Positions 34,076-45,318 of a stretch of 64,000 bases of DNA are shown here, in pieces. The DNA is taken from contig OZ025780.1 in the NCBI GenBank assembly GCA_964019425.1, positions 558,001 to 622,000 on the forward strand. The letters run 5' to 3'. The stretch's first letter is position 1. Every line of letters begins with the position of its first letter. The position numbers were made by a program, and so were the translations under genes. The notes under the pieces are model-generated. The model saw only the letters and a program-made list of their open reading frames with translations. It was not told the DNA's origin and made no database searches. The DNA comes from Flectonema sp. DT1601. Lineage: Eukaryota.

Positions 34076-34845
34076 CATAGATGGAAGTGCCCTCCAAATT
34101 TGGAGGGCGCCTGGTGAAAATCAGCCACAAAAATTTGTAGGGCCAAAATAGGGCCATTGTAGGGCCAAAATAGGGCCAAAATAGGGCGCTGGAGGGCGCG
34201 TAGGGCGCTTTTTTAATTAAATTTAATATAATGCCGAGCTCATTTTGACACACCCCTGCCCTCAGCGAGGGTCGAATCGCATCTTATTTGACTTTTCTCC
34301 GGTTCGCCCGATCAAATGCGTCTCTGGGATATCAGTTTACTTGCCACCAGTAAACTTCTTTTTTTTCTCACAAGGTACCGTGAAGACCGGCCTATTAACA
34401 GGTTAGTAAGAACGCACTCTCCCTCCTCGAATCCCTCTATATTCGACTCGGTGCATTCTGCGGGCTAATCAGCTCCTTGTAGATCTGGGATGCATCGTCC
34501 ACTGAAATGAGTTTCAGCTTCAGGGATTGCAGCAGGCTCCGGAAGCTCTCAAGGAGTAGCCTATTGTTTTTGCCATTGTTGACCTCCGAACCATGACCTG
34601 GAGGTCTCGGGTTCGAACCCCGTGACACCCTTTTTTCTCTTTTTCGAAAGACTGCCAAGCATGTCAAAAATTTTTTTTGGCTTCTGCGTCAAAATACTTG
34701 TGCGTCAGTGTAAGTCGACGTCAATTTAGCTGTCTTATAGTAATAAAAAAGGTAAAAAAAAGCGCCCTCCAAAATAATATTTATATTAAAAGCGCCCTAC
34801 AAGCGCCCTACACGCCCTCCAAATTGTAGGGCACTTCCATCTATG
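34076..34845. mobile_element. Non-autonomous TIR DNA transposon inside the satellite
   Basis: 18-bp TIR CATAGATGGAAGTGCCCT, subterminal AGGGC repeats, TTAAAT on both sides. Confidence 0.9.
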
Positions 34846-35420
34846 TTAAATATAAATAAAAAAGAATTTAAAAAAAAAAAAAAAAAAAAGAATAAACAAT
34901 GTTATCATTGTTTTTTTTATCGATCGACTCTGTCGACTAATTTCTATTTTCTTTTTTTTTCTTTAAAAAATAAATAAAAAGAATTTAAAAAAAAAAAAAA
35001 AAAAAGAATAAACAATGTTATCATTGTTTTTTTTATCGATCGACTATGTCGATTACTTTCTATTTTCCGTCCTGGTCAAGACGCTAAACTGATTGTTTTT
35101 TTCAAAATTAATAAAAAAGAATATAAAAAAAAAAATAAAAAAAAAATAAAAAAAAAATAAAAAAAAAATAAAAAAAAAATAAAAAAAAAAAGATTAAACA
35201 ATGTTATCATTGTTTTTTTTTATCGTTCGACCTTGTCGACTAATTTCTATTTTTTTTTCTTTAAAAATAAATAAAAAAGAATAAAAAAAAAAAAAAAAAA
35301 AGAATAAACAATGTTATCATTGTTTTTTTATCGATCGACTATGTCGATTACTTTCTATTTTCCGTCCTGGTCAAGACGCTAAATTGATTGTTTCTTCTTT
35401 AAAAATAAATTAAAAAAAAA

Positions 35421-35453
<33 letters not shown>

Positions 35454-35823
35454 AATAAACAATGTTATCATTGTTTTTATCGTTCGGCTTTGTCGACTAA
35501 TTTCTATTTTCCGTCCTGGTCAAGACGCTAAACTGATTGTTTTTCTAAAAATAAATAAAAAGAATAAAAAAAAAAAAAAAAAAAAAAAGAATAAACAATG
35601 TTATCATTGTTTTTTTATCGATCGACTCTGTCGACTAATTTCTATTTTCCGTTTTCTTTTCTTTAAAAAATAAATAAAAAGAATATAAAAAAAAAAAATA
35701 AAAAAAAAAGAATAAACAATGTTATCATTGTTTCTTATCGATCGACTATGTCGACTAATTTCTATTTTCCGTCCTGGTCAAGACGCTAAACTGATTGTTT
35801 TTTCTTTAAAAATAAATAAAAGA

Positions 35824-35854
<31 letters not shown>

Positions 35855-37212
35855 AATAAACAATGTTATCATTGTTTTTTTTTATCGATCGACTTTGTCG
35901 ACTAATTTCTATTTTCCGTCCTGGTCAAGACGCTAAACTGATTATTTTTTTCTTTAAAAAATAAATAAAAAGAATAAAAAAAAAAAAAAAAAAAATGAAT
36001 AAACAATGTTATCATTGTTTCTTATCGATCGACTTTGTCGACTAATTTCTATTTTCCGTCCTGGTCAGGACGCTAAACTGATTGTTTTTTCTTTAAAAAA
36101 TTAATAAAAAGATAAATAAAAAAAAAAAAAAAAAAAGGAATAAACAATGTTATCATTGTTTTTTTTATCGATCGACTATGTCGATTACTTTCTATTTTCC
36201 GTCCTGGTCAGGACGCTAAACTGATTGTTTTTTCTTTAAGAAATAAATAAAAAGTTAAAAAAAAAAAAAAAAAAAAAAAGGAATAAACAATGTTATCATT
36301 GTTTTTTTTTTATCGATCGACTATGTCGATTACTTTCTATTTTCTGTCCTGGTCAAGACGCTAAACGGAAGTTTTTTCTTTAAAATAATTAAAAGGATTT
36401 AAAAAAAAAAAAAAAAAAAAAAAAAGAATAAACAATGTTATCATTGTTTTTTTTTCTATCGATCGACTATGTCGATTAATTTCTATTTTCCGTCCTGATC
36501 GAGACACTAAACTGATTGTTTCCTTTTTTTTTAAATAATAAATAAAAAAAAAAAAAATAAAAAAAAAAAAAAAAAGAGCATCTCCCTGCTATCCCTCATA
36601 TCCCCACAATAATATTATACCTTTTCATTTTCTCTTTCCTTTTCTGGTCTTTATTTTTTTTTTTCCTTTTTCATACAACGTTTTTTTATTTATATATTTT
36701 TTTTTTTTTTTTTTTCATGTTTGATTATTTCCTCTTCATATTTTTTTTCTTTTTTCTTTTCTTTCTTTTTTTTCTTTTTTTTCTCTGCCTCTCTCTTAAT
36801 TCTGTTCGTTTCTTTGAAACGAAAATTCATTTGAATATTATTCCTTGGTCAGCAACCATCATTGTCGCCCTTTGGGCCTGTTAAAAAAAATAAAAAATAA
36901 AAAGAAAGTTTACATCGGGAATAGGGCAGGAGCCAAAAGCTCCCAGTCCGTTACTTCCCACTTTATCGAAATTCAACAGCTGAAAATACATGTGTTACAA
37001 AGGAAAGTTACAGCAAAAATTATTTTCATTATGCAGCATGGTTGTTTTAGATGTGTTTGCTGGAAAATAATTCTTTTTTCCAGCTTGCACTTGATGATTC
37101 CTCACATTCTTGCACACTTTTGCAAAAATCCTCTGTGGCAGGGAAATATTCTTGTGGGGAAAAACCCGCGAGTTTGAAAAAAAATCCCCAAATCCGCGAG
37201 AATATTTCCACT

Positions 37213-38483
37213 CGGGGTTCGAAGACTGCGCGTTCTCCGGGGCACCTCCTGGATCATTCACTACCGGCAACAGGAAGAGAGCCTCGGGTAGTATGGATAC
37301 CCGCTCTGGTGCTGAACTCCCGGGGTTCATGTACTGTTGGTCGGTGATCGGCATTACGAGGTGTCTTAGGCCTACGTGGATCGGGACCTCGTCTGCGTGC
37401 ATCAAAGATTCCATCACTATTTCGGTCGGGTCCGCGTCCATCTCAGGGTATAACAGTTCCCTTGGCGTTTCCAGCGTGGTGTTTAATGCGTTCCGTGGCA
37501 TACAGTCCGCAGTAGGGTCCAAACTCCACATGAGTGATGGCTCCTTCTGTGGACTCAGGGGTCTTCCCGGGACCGACTCCGGTTCCTGCTGTCCTCCGGC
37601 GAAAGATATAGTTGGGCCAGGAGGGTGTAGGGCGGCAGAGTCTGGCCTAGACAGGGAGGCTTCCTTCCACGGTGTCTCTCCAACGTATGTTGCGATCGGG
37701 CCAGTGTGCAGGTTAGAATCTAGGTCTTTTTTCCCCCGCGGTTTGTTATGGTCTAATAGTGGCTCCGCTACCTCTGGTCTTCCGGTGGATGTTGCGGTTG
37801 GGGCTCCGACCGGATCAGCTGGCAAGAATGGAATTGTGGCGGCTGGTGCGGGTCCTCCCGGCGCACCATGCGGTCTCAGACCGGACTCCGATATCCCCAA
37901 ACCTCCAGCAATTGGTGCGGTTGGGCCCGAAGGAGAAGGGACAGCGGTGGCTGGATCGTTTAGCGTGGGTTCCTTCTGTCCACCATCTGGCGAAGGAGGA
38001 TTGCCTACATCCGATGCTGGTTCAACTCCTGCGGACTAATTGATAGCCTCAGCTCAGCTTTCGATACTTCTAGACCTCCGGCAATAGAAATGGATGGGCC
38101 TGGAAGAATAGGGTAGGCGGTGGCTGGAACAGTCGGGGTTATTTCAATCCGTCCAAGGGACGCTGTCGAAGGGAGGTCGTCTACAGCTAGTGCGGGTTCC
38201 CCATGCAAACGTGGGCTACTTGACGGGCTCAGCCTAGACTCCGATATCTCTAAACCTCCGGCAATAGGTATGGTTGGGCCAGGAGGTGCAGGGGCAGCGG
38301 TGGCTAAGGCGGCTTCGGATCGATCTCCAGAAGGCACGGAGGCATTGTCTACAGCTGGTGTGCGGTCGATGGACACTCCTTGGGGACTGGATGATAGGCG
38401 CGACCCGGACTCCGGAACCTCTAAACCTCCGGCAGTAGGTATGGTTGGGCCAGGAGGAGCAGGGGCAGCGGTGGCTAAGGTGG
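37213..38483 (-). pseudogene. GC-rich frameshifted ORF fragment with ~60-aa Pro/Ala/Gly repeats
   Basis: ATAAPAPPGPTIPxAGGLE-like motif about five times; frameshift near 38040; both ends cut by repeats. Confidence 0.55.
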
Positions 38484-38507
38484 TTTTTTTTTCTCTGCCT
38501 CTCTCTT

Positions 38508-38607
38508 GCATTGGGCATAAGCTGGGCTGCAGTTTAGATGTCTTAGGTGTTAATAAGGGGTTTTTTTTTTCATGTTTGATTATTTCCTCTTCATTTTTTT
38601 TTTTTTC

Positions 38608-38638
<31 letters not shown>

Positions 38639-40620
38639 CTCTGCCTCTCTCTTAATTCTGTTCGTTTCTTTGAAACGAAAATTCATTTGAATATTATTCC
38701 TTGGTCAGCAACCATCATTGTCGCCCTTTGGGCCTGTTAAAAAAAAATAAAAATAAAAAGAAAGTTTACATCGGGAATAGGGCAGGAGCCAAAAGCTCCC
38801 AGTCCGTTACTTCCCACTTTATCGAAATTCCTCTTAGCATTTTCTTTGTTCCCACCTTATGATTTTCTTGAAGAAAAAAAATAGAAGTCATAATGGTGCT
38901 TCCCTCTGGAAGGGTTGTAAGCCATGGTGTCCAACTAAATTAAAGGACAAGTCTGGGATAATCCCTGCCAGAGGGGCGAGTATTCTACCATGGTTGAAAT
39001 ACTCTGGCAACTGATCTTCAATTTTATGTTGTTTGTTAGCTGCTGGTGTATCTTGATAATGTGTTGATACTTGCATTTTTTTATTTGTAATCTTCTATTA
39101 CAATTCTCTTTCTGTTCTGGTCTGTTACTTCATTTGTCTTGTTTAACTTCAGTTATATCCATTTTACTTTTTATTATTTCCCATCTACTTTTTATTTTCT
39201 AGTGTATCTTGATTATGTGTTGATACTTGCATTTTTTTATTTGTAATCTTCTATTACAATCCTCTTTCTGTTCTGGTCTGTTACTTCATTTGTCTTGTTT
39301 AACTTCAGTTATATCCATTTTACTTTTTATTGTTTCCCATCTACTTTTTATTTTCTATTAGTTCTGGTCAGAAACTCCTGGGCAGCAAGAAGGAAAGCAG
39401 TTTAGTACTTCTGGGTGTTTGGCATCACCCCCCATAGTGAGCAAGTACAACAGGTAGCATTGGTAGTCTGTTGATCCTGAGTGATCCCAGCTACAGTTTT
39501 GTTTTTCTTTCTTTTTTTTAGAAGAAGATCAGGACATCCAAGCACTGCTGGATAGTTGCTGAATGCAGGGCCTGCCTGTGGCATTATAATAACAGGCTAA
39601 GTCATTTGTAGTTCATAGTTTACCTTTGATTTTATAACTTCACACAGGGTACTATGAACGATGAGAGATCCAGTGGGATCACTCAGGGTCTAGTAGAGAC
39701 CACCAATGTTGTGCGTTGATAGGCAAGGTGATCAACCTTGACATTCTTTCTTTTCTCTCCTGTTGTGACAAACACAAAATACACGCACAGCTTACAGTGT
39801 GTTCTTTGTGTATGTTTTCTTCAGGTGAGTAGTTTTTTTGTTCTTGCTCTTCAGGGAGGGCCTTAGCCAAAAGCTAACAGTCCAAATCTCACCTGGAAAT
39901 TCAACTCTCCTTTTCTCTCCTGTTGTGACAAACACAAAATACACTTACAGCTTACAGTGTGTTCTTTGTGTATGTTTTCTTCAGGTGTGAGTAGTTTTTT
40001 TGTTCTTGCTCTTCAGGGAGGGCCTTAGCTAAAAGCTAACAGTCCAAATCTCACCTGGAAATTCAACTCTGGTCAGAAACTCCTGGGCAGCAAGAAGGAA
40101 AGCAGTTAAGTACTTCTGGGTGTTTGGCATCACCCCCCATAGTGAGCAAGTACAACAGGTAGCATTGGTAGTCTGTTGATCCTGAGTGATCCCAGCTACA
40201 GTTTTGTTTTTCTTTCTTTTTTTTAGAAGAAGATCAGGACATCCAAGCACTGCTGGATAGTTGCTGAATGCAGGGCCTGCCTGTGGCATTATAATAACAG
40301 GCTAAGTCATTTGTAGTTCATAGTTTACCTTTGATTTTATAACTTCACACAGGGTACTATGAACGATGAGAGATCCAGTGGGATCACTCAGGGTCTAGTA
40401 GAGACCACCAATGTTGTGCGTTGATAGGCAAGGTGATCAACCTTGACATTCTTTCTTTTCTCTCCTGTTGTGACAAACACAAAATACACACACAGCTTAC
40501 AGTGTGTTCTTTGTGTATGTTTTCTTCAGGTGTGAGTAGTTTTTTTGTTCTTGCTCTTCAGGGAGGGCCTTAGCCAAAAGCTAACAGTCCAAATCTCACC
40601 TGGTAAATTCAACTCATTCT
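38508..40620 (+). mobile_element. Chain of three truncated family A copies with a family B insert (~38561-38830)
   Basis: Conserved ends at 39907, 40069 and 40615; internal ~155-bp duplication near 39047-39357. Confidence 0.88.
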
Positions 40621-41495
40621 GTTCGTTTCTTTGAAACGAAAATTCATTTGAATATTATTCCTTGGTCAGCAACCATCATTGTCGCCCTTTGGGCCTGTTA
40701 AAAAAAAAAAAAAATAAAAAGAAAGTTTACATCGGGAATAGGGCAGGAGCCAAAAGCTCCCAGTCCGTTACTTCCCACTTTATCGAAATTCATTTTCTAT
40801 TTTCCCTCGTCAGTATCACCTTCGCTAGCATTGTTTCTGAAGAATTTCGATAAAGTGGGAAGTAACGGACTGGGAGCTTTTGGCTCCTGCCCTATTCCCG
40901 ATGTAAACTTTCTTTTTATTTTTTTTTTTTTTTTAAGGTATGTAAACCATTGAATTTCTTTAGAAACATCAAGTGTTTGTACAATGTCTCACACCAACAG
41001 AGCATGATGGACAAAAAAATTTCGATAAAGTGGGAAGTAACGGACTGGGAGCTTTTGGCTCCTGCCCTATTCCTGATGTAAACTTTCTTTTTATTTTTTA
41101 TTTTTTTTAACAGGCCCAAAGGGCGACAATGATGGTTGCTGACCAAGGAATAATATTCAAATGAATTTTCGTTTCAGAGAAACGAACAGAATTAAGAGAG
41201 AGGCAGAGAAAAAAAAAAAAAAAAAAAGAAGGGAAAACCTCTAATTCAACAAAAATAGTTTGCGAAATCGCCAACTCCCTACAAAAAAAAGTTGTCCACC
41301 AGGACTCGAACTTGACCCAAAAATTTGGCTTGCGGCGGGTTTTTTGTTTTTTAGCCTACCAAGCTGGGAAGAGTGCAAGGGTGGCTTGCGTCCGCCAAAT
41401 TCTTGGCGGGACACAAGCCCCCCCCCAAGGGGGGGGAGCCCCTAATAAAAGCCCGCCTGTTCCGTACAAAGTCCAACCTGAAAAAACAAATTTGC

Positions 41496-41875
41496 AACTG
41501 ATGACTCTCTTAAGGCAGCCAAATGCCTCGTCTTCTAATTAAAGACGCGCATGAATGGACTAATGAGATTCCTTCTGTCCCTACCTACTATCTGGCGAAC
41601 AGCAGTCAAGGGAACGGACTTGAAACTGTCAGCGGGGAAAGAAGACCCTGTTGAGTTTGACTCTAGTCGGGTGTAGTTATAGGTGGGAGGTTTACCAACA
41701 ATGAAATACCACTACTCTTATCGTCGCTTTACTTATCCAATGATGGGAACGGCAGCTGCCTCTTCGGAGGTTAGGGTCCTTTCGGACTCGTAGCTTTTCC
41801 GATACCGGCGACAAACGGGCTTCGGCTCGTGACCCCTCGTTTGGAGACACCAGTCAGGTGGGGAGTTTGGCTGGG
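41496..41875 (+). rRNA. LSU (28S) rRNA fragment, non-functional
   Basis: ATGACTCTCTTAAGG..CCAAATGCCTCGTC, GAAAGAAGACCCTGTTGAG, GTCAGGTGGGGAGTTTGGCTGGG; apparent short deletion after GACTCTAGTC. Confidence 0.93.
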
Positions 41876-42227
41876 AGGAGGGCCACATTGACGAAGGCTT
41901 CTAAGTCACGAACCTAAATCGATGATGAGGATCGTTAAGCCACATTTCTAAAGGTCAAGCTTTTACTAACGTGAGAATTTCTGTTCTCGATGGTTCGAAT
42001 GTGTCTGACAAAAATTGGAATGCTGCTTGAAGTCTGGTGAATTTTGGTTGGAGGTCTTAGTCTCACTGGTGAACTGCACAGTAACATTTTAAAGTGATCG
42101 ATCACACGGGAGGGGTCTTGGTGATTTATTGCAACGGGAATATGTCTCAACTCGACCAGTGGGTGATCAATCCGCCCTTTGACTATGTTTTGGTCTCATT
42201 TTCCGTCATTACGAAAAAGAGAAAAAA

Positions 42228-42299
42228 GGATGTCACGGGGTTCGAACCCGAGACCTCCGGGTCATGATTCGGCGGTCATAACCAATAAACCACCGGAGC
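42228..42299 (-). ncRNA. tRNA-derived sequence; related copy at 34581-34645 (+)
   Basis: TGGTTTATTGG A box, GGTTCGAACCC B box, T6 terminator, unpaired acceptor stem. Confidence 0.6.
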
Positions 42300-42512
42300 T
42301 CCGAAAATTCTGAAAATCTTCCCGTCATGTTGGGTTGTTTCGAGCGGTTAAAATTTTTGTGATGAGTTGGCGATTTCGCAAACTATTTGTGGAATTAGGG
42401 GTTTTCCCAAAAAAGAAAGAAAAGAAAAAAAAAATGAAGAGGAAATAATCAAACATGAAAAAAAAAAAAAAAAAAAAATATATATAAATAAAAAAAACGT
42501 TGTATGAAAAAG

Positions 42513-43570
42513 GAGCTGTGTTCTTCTGCCAAAATAAGATAGCCCTGCAAGTGGTTGAAGATCCAACTTTCACTGGCATTACGTCTGCACCTGCAGGTGT
42601 TACGCGAAGGAGTCTGCTTGCCCACATTGAGAAGCTTGGGAATACCTGCCGTCAGAAGTTGCTTAAGCGGTTTGAAGGCAATGATGTTATAATTATGTTT
42701 GATGGGGCGACACTACCTGGAAAGCGACGAGTGCTGAACTTCAGTATTCACAATGGCCATATGGCCCTGTTTTTTAGAAGTGTAGTAGTTACTAGCTTTT
42801 CTGCTGCAGATGCCTTGAAGGTACTTCGAAGCATCACTACTGAGCTACTTGAAGCTAATGTTGTCCCACTTGCCTTCTGTGCTGACAATGCAAAGAGCAT
42901 GCAGAATGCCCTGAAGGAAGCAGCACTTCCAGTTAGTATGTATCTAAAAAAGCAAACATTACCTGCTGCCCAACATTTTACAAACCAAGATTTAATAAAC
43001 CATCACAGAGATGGAGAGTCTTGAAGAAGACACTGACAATGACAGTGCAGCATCTTGTGAAAGTGCAGGAGAAGAAGACCCAGAGGGCATTAACGCAGAT
43101 GCTCTAGAGCAGATGCTTCAGGCTGCAGGGAAGGAGAAGCTCCTCACTATCAGATGTGCAGCACATTCATTGCAGCTGTTAATGAAGGATCTCATCAATG
43201 GTATCCCCCTCCTCTCAACGGCATACAATAAGGTGAAGGATCTGACAGAGGAGATGGCAACCCCCAAAAGGAAGGAGTTGTTCCTTGAGGTGCAGAAGGG
43301 TCGAAAGGGAAGCCCTCTGCAACTTAAACGCATAGGTAGTACCCGATGGAACACAGTGTACGACTGCTGGGTTCGGGCAGTGAGACTTGAAGATCTCCTG
43401 CTGAAACGCAAGGGGAAACAACGCCTGTTTCCTTGCTGTGCAGCAGACATCGAGAAGATGAAAACTGCTGCAAAATTGGTGCAGCCAGTTGCATATGCAA
43501 CTGATAACCTCCAGCGTGACTCGGCAGGGTTGCAGGATGTGCTGGGACAGCTGGAGTATGTGACACGAAC
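42513..43570 (+). pseudogene. hAT transposase fragment with a probable intron at ~42932-43008
   Basis: MFDG, ADNAKSM, CAAHSLQL and TRWNT motifs; truncated at both ends. Confidence 0.85.
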
Positions 43571-44000
43571 TGCATCCAAGTAGTATGAGATATGTTTTAG
43601 TGGAACATTCGGCTCATATCCAAAATCTGTCAGGTTTTCATTTGCTTCTCGCGTCCATAAAATGAAGCGTTGCCTGTTCCCAGTCTCCCTCTCCTCATAC
43701 ACTGTAAAAGGTATGTTCTCAGACAAAGGGGCCGTGCTAACAGGTACCGCAATCCCACAGTTTACCAATTCTTCTGCGTGTTCAGAGCTGAAACGTGATT
43801 TCTTCCTTCTAACTCGGTTCATTCTCTCCTTTAATACAGGGAACGTTAAAGACAAGACATGCTTGAACCTCTCCAAGATCGCTGGATGCATTCTGTCTTG
43901 AACCATCTCAAGATCCATAGTTTCAGTTGAGGCAACATGGAGAGGTGAGGCAATCTCCTCAGCAGTAGTGGGAATGCGGGTGCTCTTGGAACGATGTGTG
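43570..44000 (-). pseudogene. RT N-terminal fragment of a second TATE/VIPER-like family
   Basis: ENIPFTVYE..RQRFILWT..VPLKHISYYLD aligns with 20250-20720. Confidence 0.85.
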
Positions 44001-45318
44001 AAACCTGCTCCTATCTTTCTAATAACATCTCTCTCTAAAGGAGGGAGGTAACAATCTGTGTCCTCAGTGCCCTTGCCATTGCGACTTGATCCCCTCTATA
44101 CTTCAGGGTTATGTCTGAAAGAGGTGATATTGTTTTGTGCTTTGCTAATCTGCTTATGTTGCTTTAAAAAAAAAAAAAAAAGGAAAAGAATAAACAATCT
44201 TATCATTGTTTTTAATAGATAGTTTGTTTTTTGAGGAGGAATGTAGTAGGCAAAGCTTTAGGCTCACGGCCTTTCCTGAGTGAAAAAGAATGGGATGTCC
44301 TAACACAAGAATACAAAAGATAACGAAGTTCCGCTTCAAGAAAAACAGTCACATACCAGGATAGCATCGCAGCACTTCAAGACTTCCATCGACCTCCTTC
44401 GCATCTCGCATCTCCAAGGCATAAACAGGTCACGAAGGGAAATAAAGGCAAGAACAAACCTGTTTGTATTTAGTGTGTAATTTAGCAATCTTTTAAAACG
44501 GATAACAAACATGTTTGAAAAAGAATGCCGGGGAGTGCACAAGATCAGACAACGAAGACATCGACATCAGTTTGGCAGCGGCGAGTATCCTGTTACTGTG
44601 TGTGATTGTGTTTTTGTTATTGGGTTGTACCCAGGGAAAGGAAAAGACATTGAAGTTTAACTGACACCCGGTGAAGTTGGGAAATCAGGAATGCCAACCG
44701 CTCAGCGTACAGCAAGTTTGAACTAGTACCTGGCGATATTAACCTTGCGAATGATTGTTAGTTAGCAAAATACAGAACTGATGACGATTGGGACTTACTG
44801 GATGACATTGGGAACAGAGTAATGCAAATTCCGCAGGCTAGGCACAATCACTCGGCACAAAGGAGTTGAAGACAAGCGCGTTTGATATCTCCCTTTAAAG
44901 CTTCGTCTGTATTCACATCGTACAATAGAGAATGAGTAGCGGAGCTCGTCACAATGTACAATTCGGTACAATACAATTATCCTGCGATGAATGCTATCTG
45001 CAGGTCCTGTGATGATATGATATAGCATTTGACACTATCGATCATCGGCATAAGCACAGCGGTCAGCAATTTCACTGTAGTCTGTTCAGGACCTTCTCGG
45101 ACATTGATCAGTATAAATGGTATTGTATGGCGATAAGAAAGATGAGATTAGCAGCAGGGAATAATTCTCGCGGATTTCTTCTGCAATAATTTCTTCCTCT
45201 TTACGGTACGACTAGTTTAGTAACTGTAACACAGTTTATATGATTAGTTCATGGAGTAATTCTTGTTTGTTAACTTTAACTTCATTTCAGGTTTCAACTT
45301 ATAACAACCATACACAAG

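Larger units (their letters stand above)
28751..36974 (+). mobile_element. Family B, longest copy (still 5'-truncated)
   Basis: ORF, ~6 kb non-coding 3' region and fixed end GAAATTC. Confidence 0.88.
41231..42408. mobile_element. Non-autonomous MULE-like element with captured DNA
   Basis: ~55-bp imperfect TIRs GGGAAAACC...GGTTTTCCC; 9-bp TSD AAAAAAGAA; splits a family B copy. Confidence 0.8.
40616..42512. mobile_element. Cluster of short family B 3' ends: 40616-40791 (+), 40842-40936 (-), 41018-42512 (-, interrupted)
   Basis: Identity to 36680-36974. Confidence 0.85.

Noticed and set aside
37110..38740. Plus-strand 309-aa and 206-aa ORFs
   Set aside because: Probable antisense shadows of GC-rich repeats.
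43118..43918. 266-aa ORF as one protein
   Set aside because: RT fragment reading into antisense hAT sequence.
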